Below are positions 28,049-41,090 of a stretch of DNA of 64,000 nt, piece after piece. Position 1 is the first letter of the stretch, and the number at the start of each line of letters is the position of its first letter. The position numbers and the translations under genes were made by a program. The DNA is from Octopus sinensis (Eukaryota). The stretch is taken from the NCBI RefSeq assembly GCF_006345805.1, contig NC_042997.1:116064001-116128000 (forward strand). Reading direction: 5' to 3'. A model generated the notes under the pieces. It was not told the DNA's origin. It ran no database searches and worked only from the letters and a program-made list of their open reading frames with translations.

Positions 28049-28597
28049 CTGCAAAACTCCCAATTAATCCGAATTACGTATTTCCGCATAAATCGGAGGC
28101 GGGGATAAACCTTCTGTTGCGACTTTTAATCTTGGAGGTATTCTTAACTATAATACACATCACCTGGTTTATATCAGATTCTTACGACATCTCCCAGAGC
28201 TTCAAAAACCATTCCTACTTTATTCGTGTTTTCTCTCTCGAAAACTTCAGTTTTTATTTTGGCAGACATTTAAAAAAATTTCATTTATATCCAGTAATCA
28301 TTTGTGAATATGAGATCAAATGCAGATCAAATATAAACCCACCGTTTATATTGTGTGCGGGCACATGAACATACATACTAAAACTCACATTTGTTAATTT
28401 AACAAATGCGCGGGTGTGTGTGACAAGAGGCAGACGGTATAGAAATGTAATAGAAAAGTGTCGGTTAGCATAATTAATGTAGGAGCCAATACACACACAC
28501 ACACACATTAGACAGAGAGAGAGGGAGAGCAGACAAGATGAATAAAAAAACTTTATTATAAATATGTATGATAAAAACATAAGACAACCAACTGAAT

Positions 28598-28659
<62 letters not shown>

Positions 28660-29577
28660 GCAAACGGTCAATCAACTAGTTATTAGTTAATTGGTTCATT
28701 AGTTAACTTTTGAACGATAATAAAAAGAAGCGAATTAGAACCAGTGCATGTGTTTTTATCAGCAAAGTCACGATTCCATACTATAACAAAAAAAAAAAGC
28801 AGTCGATATTTAAAAGGGGTGTGGGGTGTGGGAAATATAGGTGTTAAAGCTGAGTTAACAGTTTAAATTTCACAAGTGAGTATCACACTTCCGATTTTCA
28901 AAGGAAATTTGAGGAATGAAACAGAAAACCGTTAATAAGAATATTCTGATAATGGATATATAAAGGAAGCATTTTATTGGGTGCATATATAAAGACAAAT
29001 AAATACTTGATTGGATACACATGAAAAGATAACATCAATCGACTAAAAATAACTCCTTGAATATAAACAAGACAACTAATTAAAGCTATTATTCTAGTAG
29101 ATAATTAGCTTTATGTTTCAGAGAATATCTTTCAAAATATATTTTGAGGTTGAGGGGAAACGTATGACAGTGCTTTTAATATAATTTGGCCTATTATTGG
29201 TTTCGCCATCAGTTTACAAGTATGTTAACAGCTGAAATAAATTAAGTTATCGTTTCCGTTTAATCGTGAATATTTACATGTTATCGTAGGGCGAGAGCAG
29301 ACTGAATTGAAGAAATAATATTCTTTGTAATTGTTTGCATAAAGTAAATTATCTTGTATATAATTATTAAAAGACGGCTCCGCCATCATCAACCATCAGT
29401 CACTTGCCCGTCCGCGAAATTTCTGGACCCCCAGTAATGAACTCATTTGCATACAACTATTCAGAGCTCACCTTGACCATGTCAAGTTAACATAGGCTGG
29501 CATTCAAAATGGCAGCATCGGATGGCCATGCGAATCTTGTATAGTACTCTCATTCAGATGCCAATACCATCGATACT

Positions 29578-29975
29578 GAAAGACGGTGAGCTGGCAGAAA
29601 TGTTAGCACGCCGGGAGAAATGCTTAGCGGTATTTCGTCTGCCGTTACGTTCTGAGTTCAAATTCCGCCGAGGTCGACTTTGCCTTTCATCCTTTCAAAG
29701 TCGATTAAATAAGTACCAGTTACGCACTAGGGTCGATGTAATCGACTTAATCTGTTTGTCTGTCCTTGTTTGTCCCATCTGTGTTTAACCCCTTGTGGGT
29801 AGTAAAGAAATAAGTATTTCGTCTGTCTTTACGTTCTGAAATTCCGCCGAGGTCGACTCTGCCTTTCATCCTTTCGGGGTCGATAAATTAAATACCGATT
29901 GCGTACTGGGATCGATGTAATCGACTGGCCTCCTCCCCCCAAATTTCGGGCCTAGTGCCTTGAGTAGAAAAGAGT
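29578..29975 (+). mobile_element. Type A SINE, bipartite
   Basis: Head, two CORE modules and tail. Confidence 0.85.
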
Positions 29976-30756
29976 ATCATCAATACTGAACACATAGGCT
30001 GGGTTAGCGGTAAGTTTGAATTACTATAGTAATGATAATATTTTTGACGAATATGAAAGTACGGAAGTCGCCATTTTGAATGCCAGTCTTTGTTAACTTG
30101 ACAGGAAGGTCAAGGTGAGCTCTGATTGGCTGTACGTAAATGTGTTCATTACTGGAGTCCAGAACTCTCGTGAGAAAAAAACAATTTTGCTCCCCGCCCT
30201 CTGTCCAGAGATCGGTTTGCAAAGACTCCACAGTTCTCTTCGTATTGTGCTGCATGCTTACACCATGCAATACAACAATTGTTTTCACTTCCTCCTTTGA
30301 TGTCATCAATCCATAAACAACTTTGAGGCCTCATCATCTTTTTCCGCCACACATTCTGTAAGGATGATCTTGGGTAGTAACGTGTAGCGCATTTTATGTT
30401 CAAAATAATTCAGATTATCATCATTCTAGTTCATAATTTACTTTATGTTTCAGAGAATATCTTTTCAAATATGATAGCACTGTGGACTTGATCCTCGGCA
30501 ATTGCGTCCTTCGATTTTCAGCTTTTTTAGAACTGCTCTACTTACAAGAAACCCACTGCTCAAACGCTTCTGTTTTCTCCAGTGATGTTGGCATTGTCCA
30601 AGTTTCTTCCTTTAGTAGCCTCTGATTCTTGGTTGTGTTTTTCGTATTTGTTTTCCGTGTTGTTTCTCCATTTCTTTCTCCCGTTACCAACTATTCATTA
30701 TAAGTGACTCTGTGAATGGAGAGTAAGTTCTAAGAGCATTCTAAAAGTGACCAATA

Positions 30757-30927
30757 GGCGCAGGAGTGGCTGTGTGGTAAGAAGCTTGCTTACCAACCAC
30801 ATGGTTCCGGGTTCAGTCCCACTGCGTTGCACTTTGGGCAAGTGTCTCTCTAGTATAGCATCGGGCCGACCAAAGCCTTGTGAGTGGATTTGGTAGACGG
30901 AAACGAAAGAAGCCCGTCGTATATATC

Positions 30928-30960
<33 letters not shown>

Positions 30961-31200
30961 TGTATGTATGTATGTATGTATGTATGTATGTATGTATGTA
31001 TTTGTGTGTCTGTGTTTGTCCCCCACCCATCGCTTGACGACCGATGTTGGTGTGTTTACATCCCCGTAACCTGGCGGTTCAGCAAAAGATAACGATAGAA
31101 TAAGTACTAGGCTTACAAACAATAAGTCCGGGGTCGATTTGTTTGACTAAAAGGCGGTGCTCCAGCATGGCCGCAGTCAAATGAGTGAAACGAGTAAAAG
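30757..31200 (+). mobile_element. Full-length type B SINE
   Basis: ggcgcaggagtggctgtgtggtaagaagc head, internal (TATG)n, complete tail. Confidence 0.92.
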
Positions 31201-31697
31201 GGTAATAGTTTCTCTCATTATATATGTCATTACCCGTTTCCTTCCATCCATCCTTCCTTCTGGCCTTTCTTCCTTCCGGCCTTTCTTCCTTTCTATCTTT
31301 AATATTGAATTAGTTTGAAGTGTAACTCCAGTATGGTCGAATGGTTTAGAACTTCACTTCACAACGACAAGGTCTAAAGATCTATTCCTCAACGAGTCAT
31401 TCGGGCAAATGTTATTTTCTACAGTCTCAAGTTGACGCACACCCTGTCAATGAAACCGGTTCAACAGAAACTGTGCTGAAGCCCATCGAGTGATTTGTAT
31501 CCTCCCCCCCAATCACAAGATACAGCCACATCACACATTGTGTCATGCTGATTCGGCCTGAAAACTTACGTTAAGAGTACAGACAGGTTTCTGTGATATA
31601 CTCAACCACTTAAAAGACAGATCCACGATTTTGTAATACCTGAGTGTCAAATGACATTTGGTGGGCAGCCTAAAATAACTGAAATAAATTTACTTGA

Positions 31698-31772
31698 ATT
31701 ATAATGTTAATTATAATATTATAATGTTAATTATAATATTATAATGTTAATTATAATATTATAATGTTAATT
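31698..31772. repeat. 20-bp quasi-palindromic minisatellite (attataatgttaattataat) x ~3.7
   Basis: Exact tandem units visible. Confidence 0.9.
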
Positions 31773-32479
31773 GCAGCGTGGAAGGTGTTTATAAGCCATT
31801 CAAAAACACACAAAAACCGTTAGATTCACTTCAACATTTAAATTTAATTTGCCAAAAATATTTTCGTCGCTTTGAGACCGCGACCTGTTCACTGATAAAA
31901 TTCGCAGCACGCAGTAATGTCGTTTTATTTTTATTTGGGTGTTTTTATTTTCTTATTTGATTTTTACCTGGTATATACATCTATTCAAATACGCTTGTAT
32001 TTATTTTTCTCATTACACCTTTGTCTACTGAAAGTTGTGTTCGTCTTGTATTTTTCCTTTTGCTTTAATATTGTTCAAGACTTCCTATTTCATTCTTCAA
32101 ATATTGTCTAACAATCGGAATTGTGTAACTCGAGTCATATTGCAAGATACACACACACACACACAAACATGAGAATTTTTATATATATATTTATATATAT
32201 ACACACACACACACATATGTATATAAAACAACTGATGCAACAATATCAATTTTTATCTTTGGTCAGACGTTTTTCGGTTATTCTATATTTCCAAGAATAC
32301 CCTATACAAATTACATAACCCGATAAAATCAAATATAGACGCTAAAGATATACAAGTTTGCGATTCTTCATAAATACCAATACACACACACATATATACA
32401 CCTGTCTGTCTGTCCATCTATATATATATATGTATGCATATGTGCATATTTGTATGTATACATATGTATATGTATATAT

Positions 32480-32540
<61 letters not shown>

Positions 32541-33212
32541 TATATATACATACATACACATATGGATACATAATAAATATATACGTGTGTGTGTGTATAT
32601 ATATATATATAATATATATATATATTTACACACACACACACATATATAGCTTCCCCACCCCCCAACATTCGTTTCGTCATAGCAATTTTGACCAATATAT
32701 ATATCTAATACTTATGAAATGCAAATGTATATTGTAATTTTCCGTCCGCCATTTTTTTGTCTTCTTCATAGAATTATTTCAAACCATTCGAAGAACAGAT
32801 TTGCAAATTACGTGGATAAGATAAGACTAAATTTTCAGCTCTATGGTTTTCTTTAACCATAGATATTATATTCGTGATAGCGTGTTCCCTCATAATGCTA
32901 TGTTATCGTTTTATCATCTTTCGCCATAACAAAAGATTGCATATCAATAAATATATTGATAGCCTTGTTGTACAGAAGCAAAAGAACAAAATAGCTTTTG
33001 TTTTCTGTTTGTTTTTTTTTTCTTTGTAAATCTCAGACGAACTTATCAAATATTATTAACAAATATTTGAATTAAAAATAAATAAACAAAGTAGAAAATA
33101 AATAATTGTAATGAAATAAAGTGAAATGAAATAAAAAAGGTATTTTTGTCTGATATAGCAGATCTCGTGATCGTATAAGACAGTAATAAATAAAAAAGAT
33201 AATAATAATAAC

Positions 33213-33245
<33 letters not shown>

Positions 33246-33398
33246 CAACAACAACAACAACAATAATAATAAACAAGAAGTTGAAGAACAAGAACAATGT
33301 TAATAATACTAATAATGGTAGTAGTAGTAGTAGTAGTAGTAGTAAATAGTAAATAATAATAATAAATAGTAAATAACAACAACAACAACAACAACAAC

Positions 33399-33439
<41 letters not shown>

Positions 33440-33478
33440 GTAAATAATAATAACAACAACAACAACAACAACAACAAC

Positions 33479-33550
<72 letters not shown>

Positions 33551-33551
33551 C

Positions 33552-33675
33552 CTTTGTACTTGCCGGATATTAGATTCAAACAGAGTATGTCATTCGTTGA
33601 GAAGCTGAATGCGTAAATCGGAAACGGCGTCCTATTATTTTTGCAATATTTCAGTTTTTCTAAGGAATGTTCTTT
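33552..33675 (-). CDS. Candidate coding exon (unknown)
   Basis: Acceptor ctttgctttcaag|, donor AAG|GTATTT; only open frame KEHSLEKLKYCKNNRTPFPIYAFSFSTNDILCLNLISGKYK. Confidence 0.25.
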
Positions 33676-34020
33676 CTTGAAAGCAAAGCAGTTCAAAAAC
33701 TAAATTGGAATTGGTCTGAAAGATGGTTATTCCATCATATCAATCAATTTATTGTTTAGTCTGGTAGAGTAATTGATTGATGAAATGTCTCGTCTTGGCG
33801 GTTTGAGATGTCCAACTCAAGTATTCTATACAACGTAGCTTCCTTTACCGTTTCCTCTTCATGTCTGGAAATCTCATAGACATTATTTTGTTCTGTTCAG
33901 TTTCAATGATTTGCTGAAAGGAGAACGAACAGCATGTATGTCTCTTTCCAGCGTTTTTTTTTTTCAAGACAGGCGAGAAGATGGCAGGAAGTTACTCTCA
34001 CACCGAAAGCTCGATCTGAA

Positions 34021-34534
34021 ACTAAGACCAGACACCACTAAGCAGACCCCAATGACCAGGTGGCGATGGTAAACCGGGCGAAGAATTCTTTAACTCTATA
34101 CAGAATCGGTCTGTCTCCGCTGCTGATCTACTGCTGACAGCCAATACAGTTTCCACTTACCACATATGGAGCTTTCGTCAACATATCATGGGAGACCCTT
34201 TACTAGGACCAGGCACCACTAAGCAAACCCCGGTGACCAGGGCGAAGAATTCTTTAACTCTACACAGAATCGGTCTGTCTCTGCTGTTCATCTGCTGTTG
34301 ATAGCCTATATAGTTTCCGCTTACCACATACGGAGCTTTCGTCAACTTATCATGGGAGACCCTTTACTAGGTCCAGGCACCACTAAGCAGATCCCAGTTA
34401 CCAGGTGGCGATGGTAAATAGGGCGAAGAATTCTTTAACTCAACACAGAATCGGTCTGTCTCTGCTGCTGACAGCCTATACAATTTCCGCTTATCACATA
34501 CGGAGTTTTCGTCAACTTATCATGGGAGACCTTT
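34021..34534. repeat. Three diverged tandem units of ~181, 164 and ~169 bp
   Basis: Anchors caccactaagca, gggcgaagaattctttaactc and atcatgggagacc each recur three times. Confidence 0.92.
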
Positions 34535-34694
34535 TCCCAAGGAGCTGCGTGGTGGGTTTTACCGCAAAACACATTTGCGAAGTGAGGTCCATTATCACAT
34601 AGACGCTTCAATACGTTTACCTTGGAATTATCTTAATTACCATCATAAAATTCTATTGTTACTTTACTGTATTTTCCGCCTGTATTCCTATATA

Positions 34695-34932
34695 CTCTTT
34701 TACTCTTTTATACATTTCAGTCATTTGACTGCGGTCATGCTGGAGCACCGCCTTTGGTCGAAAAAGTCGACCCCTGTACTTATTCTTTGTAAGCCTAGTA
34801 CTTATTCTATCAGTGTCTTTTGCATGGCACTGCATGGCACCTTGGGCAAGTGTCTTCGACTATAGCCTCGGACCGACCAAAGCCTTGTGAGTGGATTTGG
34901 TAGACGGAAACTGAAAGAAGCCCGTCGTATAT

Positions 34933-35020
<88 letters not shown>

Positions 35021-35230
35021 CTGTGTTTGTCCCTCCCAACATCGCTTGACAACCAATGCTGGTGTGTTTACGTCCCCGTAACTTAGCGGTTCGGCAAAAA
35101 GAGACCGATAGAATAAGTACTAGGTTTACAAAGAATAAGTCCTGAGGTCGATTTGCTCGACTAAAGGTGGTGCTCCAGCATGGCCACAGTTAAATGACTG
35201 AAGCAAGTAAAAGAGTAAAGAGTAAGAGTA
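34695..35230. mobile_element. Type B SINE tail (minus) fused to a headless type B SINE (plus)
   Basis: Reverse tail at ~34700-34820, junction tgcatggcactgcatggcac, then gcaccttgggcaag through the full tail. Confidence 0.8.
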
Positions 35231-35546
35231 CTATTATTAATGACCTTCACAAAGATTCAAATAATATAATCAACTCTGAAATCCATCAAAATGCCACGTG
35301 ACTATAAAATACGTAGAATACGTAGAATCAATCAAAAGTGATTATTCTATAAATAAATCACTCTCCAACCAGACACGAACATTTGCCAACTTCAACAAAC
35401 ACTGCTGCAGCTGCTAAATTTTACCCAAACGATCAGTTGAGAAAGACATCTCATCGAAGAATGTCATGGTTTACTACTACTACTACCAAGCCTAATTCAA
35501 ACTAACAGCGGAGGAAAATTCCCCTTCGAGCAATGTCATACTTATA

Positions 35547-35637
35547 TGCCCTGAGGAGATCGTACTTATAATGCATAAACCGCTGCGTATAATATGCAAC
35601 TATACGCAAATAGTGCGCTCGAAACACGTGTCGGGTA
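35547..35637 (+). ncRNA. Hammerhead ribozyme motif with long branched stem II
   Basis: UGCC CUGAGGA GA(U)CGUACUUAU...AUAGUGCGCUC GAAA CACGUG UC G GGUA; palindromic ACACGUGU stem III, GUC site; one stem II mismatch and an imperfect stem I. Confidence 0.55.
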
Positions 35638-35677
35638 ACTATTATGCATAAACTAACCGGAAATAAACGAAGTTTGA

Positions 35678-35836
35678 ATGTTCAAATTCTTCATTCTGCT
35701 TATCAATATTGTACTTTACACCCTAAGTAGCCAAGCAATAAACTGTAACATCGGATGGGAATTAAAGGAAGTTCACCAAAAAAATGCACCATCGAAAGTA
35801 ACCAACCTTGGCATTTTACCTAGAGAAAGAAATTCG
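35678..35836 (+). CDS. Candidate first coding exon with signal-peptide-like N-terminus
   Basis: MFKFFILLINIVLYTLSSQA-INCNIGWELKEVHQKNAPSKVTNLGILPRERNS then donor TCG|GTATGT (phase 0); no downstream exon confirmed. Confidence 0.3.
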
Positions 35837-35866
35837 GTATGTGCCTGGATTTCATATCCCCACTCT

Positions 35867-35911
<45 letters not shown>

Positions 35912-36133
35912 ATATCACCGTGATCACCGTGACCGACAAGGCTATCAGATGTTGCTACACATCGCTGGTCACAATGCGCTTCGCATTGTTTTAGCCTTCA
36001 AATGACGCCACCCCCGCTGGCTAAGCGAGCAGGCCAATATATATATTATAAAATTAAGGATAAAATCCCTTTGATGATTTCATCAAGTGGCCAGTGTGAA
36101 ATAAAAAACTTTGTAGGTAACATTTCATACCAA

Positions 36134-36426
36134 TTTATAATTATATAAAATAATTATATTGAAGGGTGCGGAGAAATCCCACCGACACGCTAGAAATAAA
36201 CGCCCAAAACCACTTCCGTACTCTATTTGCACAGTACTGATGACAGCAAGGTGTTTTTACAGCGCTAAGATGGAAATCGATTGACAATTGATCTAAGAAT
36301 CTTATTTATTGTTTCATCTGCCCGCTTACAATCTGTGCTAATGGAGTATGGAAGTGGCGTCTATTTTTAGCGTGTTGGTGGGGTTTATCCGCACCTTTTG
36401 ATATAATAATTTTATATAATTATAAA
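36134..36426. mobile_element. MITE-like element with long imperfect TIRs
   Basis: tttataattatataaaata..ggtgcggagaaatcccaccgacacgctagaaataaacgcc..cacttccgtactc pairs with gagtatggaagtggcgtctatttttagcgtgttggtggggtttatccgcacc..tatataattataaa. Confidence 0.7.
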
Positions 36427-36441
36427 CTAGTATATATATAT

Positions 36442-36475
<34 letters not shown>

Positions 36476-36507
36476 ATATATATATATATTATATATAATA
36501 TATATAT

Positions 36508-36558
<51 letters not shown>

Positions 36559-37777
36559 ATATAAATATATACACACACACACACACACACATAGTATATA
36601 TTGAATAAAATGAGACAACAAAGCCAAGGCAGCGTGAAATTTCTTGGACATTTATAAAGAGAGAGGTAGTCTTACAGCTGTTTTACAGCGCGTGTGTATG
36701 TGTGTCTTTGTATCTGTGTTTGTACCCCACCGCCACTTCGCAACCGGTGTTGGTGTGTTAACGTCCCCATTACTTAGCGGTTCGGCAAAAGAAAACCGAT
36801 ACAATAAGTGATAGGCTTTAAAAAAGACATAAGTACTGGGGTAGATTCTTTTGATTAAAAATTCTTCAAGGCGGCGCCCCAGCATGGCCGCAGTCTAATG
36901 ACTAAAAGAGGTAATAGACAAAAGACAAAAAGACACAAATCTCGCCAACTCCGGATTCTTTAGTTGGTGGATCGATTTATTTATTTCGATCCTCTTACTT
37001 CCGCAATAGCAATTTGAATTTTGATTATAAATTTTCTTCTGAAACTAAAAGTTCTAAACCGGGGAGTTTACAATATATATGTCTGTCTACATTTTCCATT
37101 GGCTATGTGTCATTTTTCAGACATCAGTCATTGTTTATAGACTTATATCTCCACGCCTGCTACTTATTTAAATTTAGGCAGTCTGAACAGAGAGCGTCAC
37201 CTTCCGATCTACCGTCTGATACCAATTGCGACCTTTTGACCAATCGTCTGGCAACATTAATCAATCTGGCTGCGGCGACTTTACACTGGATGCGTTACCG
37301 CATTAATTTAACTGTCTCTCAAACCAGTAACGATTTCTCATTATTATTATTTTTCAGTGGAGAAAGGCTTTCTTTCATAAAACATCCAATACAACTCGTT
37401 ACTGACTTTGTTTGTTACACCCAACTCAGTTTTATAGAAGCCATTAATACCACTCCAAGTCAACAACTTCTGTTCAAGTAGGGTCAAACACGTTTAATTT
37501 CGGTGGTTTTAGAGAGAAGCGAGTACTGTTGCTTTGTTTGACATCCTTCAAAACATCGTCTGCTAAGAGCTTCAGATCAACTGATGTCAAATTGCTACTG
37601 TCGTTATGTGAACACTTTGCTTCATCCCACACCTCACTCCTTACCTATTTACATTTTTCTATGTGTATATATGTGTGTGTGTATGTGTGTATCTATAAAG
37701 ATATGTATGTATATACATGTATATAAGTATATGTATATGAGTAGATGTAAGTTTTTATATATATATATATATGTGTA

Positions 37778-37821
<44 letters not shown>

Positions 37822-37887
37822 CATGTATATAAGTATATGTATATGAGTAGATGTAAGGTATATATTTATAATATAATATATATATAT

Positions 37888-37924
<37 letters not shown>

Positions 37925-38020
37925 GTATATGAGTAGGTGTATGTAAGTATGTATCTACATATATATATGTATGTATATATATAAGTGTATATATATATAT
38001 ATATAATGTATATAATGTAA

Positions 38021-38053
<33 letters not shown>

Positions 38054-38059
38054 AATATA

Positions 38060-38111
<52 letters not shown>

Positions 38112-38491
38112 TATATCTACACAGAGAGAGAGAGAGAGGGAGAGAGAGAGGCTCTGTTTGCTATAATTTTACCAATAAATCTCGGCTACATTGTTGTTGA
38201 CCGTTGAACAGCTAAATTCAATTACAAGTCATTGAAATTGTGATCTCTGTTGGAGGAAGACACACTCATGGCGCTCTCTCTCTCTCTCTACTACCCCCGC
38301 TCCCCCACAAACCACAGTTGAGAGGTTTTAATGTTATTGATTCCATTCACAAGATTTTCAACAGTTTCAAGTGGAAGACTGAATGTTAATTCGTTAAAAA
38401 ATACATGATTGATTTCAATGTTGAGACGGGATGAATTATGTATGCGCGTGTCTATAAATGCATAGACATATAGTATATATATGTACATGTG

Positions 38492-38531
<40 letters not shown>

Positions 38532-38571
38532 TGTGTGTATGTATGTATGTATATACATATACGCATGTGTA

Positions 38572-38604
<33 letters not shown>

Positions 38605-38608
<4 letters not shown>

Positions 38609-39005
38609 TTTTACTTGTTTAAGTCATTTGTCTGTGACCATGCTGGAGTACCCGCGTTAAAGGGTGTTAGTCGAAGGAATCGACCCCAGGACTTATAAGC
38701 CTAGCACTTATTCTATTGGTCTTTTTTGCCGAACCGGTAATTTACGGGGACAGCATCGGTCGTCAAGCGATGGTGGGAGTACAAGCACATACACAAATAT
38801 ATACATACACTCATATATATAAACACCCCGCCACATATATATATACGACAGGCTTCTTTCAGTTTCAGCCTACCAAATCCACTCACAAGGCTTTGGTTGA
38901 ACTAAGGCTATAGTAGAAGACACTTTCCCAAGATACCACGCAGTGAGACTGAACCCGGAACCGTGTGTTTGGGAAGCAAGCTTCTTACCACACAGCCACG
39001 CCTAG
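38605..39005 (-). mobile_element. Type B SINE
   Basis: Reverse modules with an internal microsatellite. Confidence 0.85.
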
Positions 39006-39124
39006 CATATATGTGAATGGATTTGGTAGGCTGAAACTGGAAGAAGCCTGACGTATATATAAACATGTGTGTGTGTGTGTGAGTGCGCGCGCGCGCGTTT
39101 GTGCGTGTGTGTGTATGTATATAT

Positions 39125-39330
39125 ATAAAGTTAATCCAAACATGAAAGCACAAAGAGAAAACACAATAACGCGAGGACGTGTAACAAGTATATTGGACGC
39201 CCCGGAAAGGAAAGAAAGAAGGGGGATTTAACGTTTCGAGCGAAGCACTTCGTCAGAAACATAGGAAAAGCAAAGATCCAAGGAAGGGAAGACAGAGGAA
39301 ACAAATCGCCAACGATACACACGCTGTCAC
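39125..39330 (-). mobile_element. Hammerhead-bearing short element, family beta
   Basis: Motif 39226-39260: GUUU CUGACGA A GUGC-UUC-GCUC GAAA CGUU AAAU; flanked by (TA)/(CA)n. Confidence 0.75.
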
Positions 39331-39890
39331 ACACACACACACAAACACCACAAACACACACCACACACACACACCACTATACATACATACAATATATATA
39401 TATATATATTATATATATATATATAAAGGAATACAAAAATGGGACAAGAACACAAAACATCCAGACAGATGATACAAAAGAGAGACAAGAAAAACACGAA
39501 TTTTTCTTTCTTCAGTCAAGTTCCAGATTATCTTTGCAATTTCTGCTGGTTATACTCGAAATTGCTCCAAAAATGTACTCAATGCAGTGAACTATTTCGT
39601 CCAGCTGGGATTAGATTTCTGGGCAAAGTGTCGCATTGCGTTCTTGAGCAAGGTACTTCATTTCACATTGCTTCATCAGCTTGTAGCACGGTCTATGCTA
39701 CGAGGTCATACTAGCTTGCAGGTAACGGCTCTCTCTCTCTATCTATCTATCTCCGTCTTTCGCTGTCTATTTTCCCCCTTTCTTTCTGTATATATACATA
39801 CACACACACTTACTTACATATACGCACACACAGACTATATATATATGCATACATATATGCATACACACACACACACACACACACACAGGG

Positions 39891-39924
<34 letters not shown>

Positions 39925-40024
39925 CTTCGTTAACCACACCCTTGGTCTCTACCGCGAGAATGGTCTAGCTATCTCGCATAATTACATAATTGCAACGGCC
40001 ATTCCATTGATAGATTCTTTTCTT

Positions 40025-40232
40025 CTCTAGGAACAAGGCCTACAATTTTTGGAGATGGGGTTAATCGATTAAATCGACCTCAGTACACAACTGGTACTTA
40101 ATTTATCGAGCCAGAAAGGATGAAAGGCAAAGTCGACCTCGGCGAAATTTGAACTCAGAACGTAAAGACAGACAAAATACCGCATAGCATTTCACCCAGC
40201 GTGCTAACGTTTTTGACGGATCGCCGCCTTAT
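40025..40232 (-). mobile_element. Type A SINE (single CORE plus tail)
   Basis: Reverse CORE and head. Confidence 0.8.
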
Positions 40233-40309
40233 TCCATTGATAAACCCTGTAAAGATTAATTGAGGCTCTTAGTAATTGAGAACTAAATATAACAGTAAAT
40301 ACTTTACTT

Positions 40310-41090
40310 AATTAATGCTAAATTCCTAGATGTGAATCTAGATTTAGCCGCAGGTGCCATAAACCGAATGAAAAACTAAAATATATTAACAGAGGGTCCG
40401 ACCACCCACTCGTAACTTTTAAAAACCTAGTCCTCAATGTTAGATACAGGATCTCCATCTTATCTTCTTCTAGTGAGATATTTGATAAAACTGCCACTAA
40501 CATCGGTAGAACTTCTTAAGATTATTAAATAAGCATTTCCCCCATTAACATTAGTATAGTAAGATATTCAGTCGGCATCCAGTGAAAATCATTTTTTTCT
40601 ACTGGCCTTACATGAAGTCAAAAATTATCCAGAAAGTAAAATCGAAGAATATCCGGGATGCTCCTACAGAATATATGATGATAGCCCGCTACAACGAGAA
40701 TGTAAAGTGAAGTCTGTGGTGTTTGATGTCACCATTACAGCAGCTGAAATCTGCCAGAGAGTGGAGAAGAATATGACGGTTTTAAGTAAGTGTACAACTT
40801 ACAAATCGTTTCCCTTAATAAACACCCAGAAAAGAGGTCAACAATGGCATTTGCGAAGCGAGTCTGGGAACTAAAAGAGAAATGAACACCACATAACATC
40901 AAATGGAAAATTCTGGATAGGTTCAGGCCGTATAACAAAGGAACAAAGAAATGTGCCATTTTTACCTTAGTGAGAAGTTCCAGATATTACAAGATTTAAA
41001 ATCCAGTTATATATACTTGAACGATAAGACTGAGATCTTCAGAGAATGCTTGCACATCTCGTCCTACCTCACAACTTAGCACCCAACGAA
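40310..41090 (+). mobile_element. Penelope-like retroelement remnant (RT C-terminus plus GIY-YIG endonuclease), pseudogenised
   Basis: Frameshifted translations AKFLDVNLDL, SDHP..FKNL, RISILSSSSEIFDKTA, PLQRECKVKSVVF, KRVWELKEK, IKWKILDRFRPYNKGTKKC, LSEKF, YLNDKTEIFRECLH are typical of Penelope ORFs. Confidence 0.85.

Noticed and set aside
31698-34534. CRISPR-like reading of the tandem repeats
   Set aside because: Eukaryotic context, no unique spacers between repeats and no cas genes.
37014-37645. 155-aa plus ORF and the minus peptide RSEVWDEAKCSHNDSSNLTSVDLKLL
   Set aside because: Neither has convincing splice boundaries or a recognisable family.
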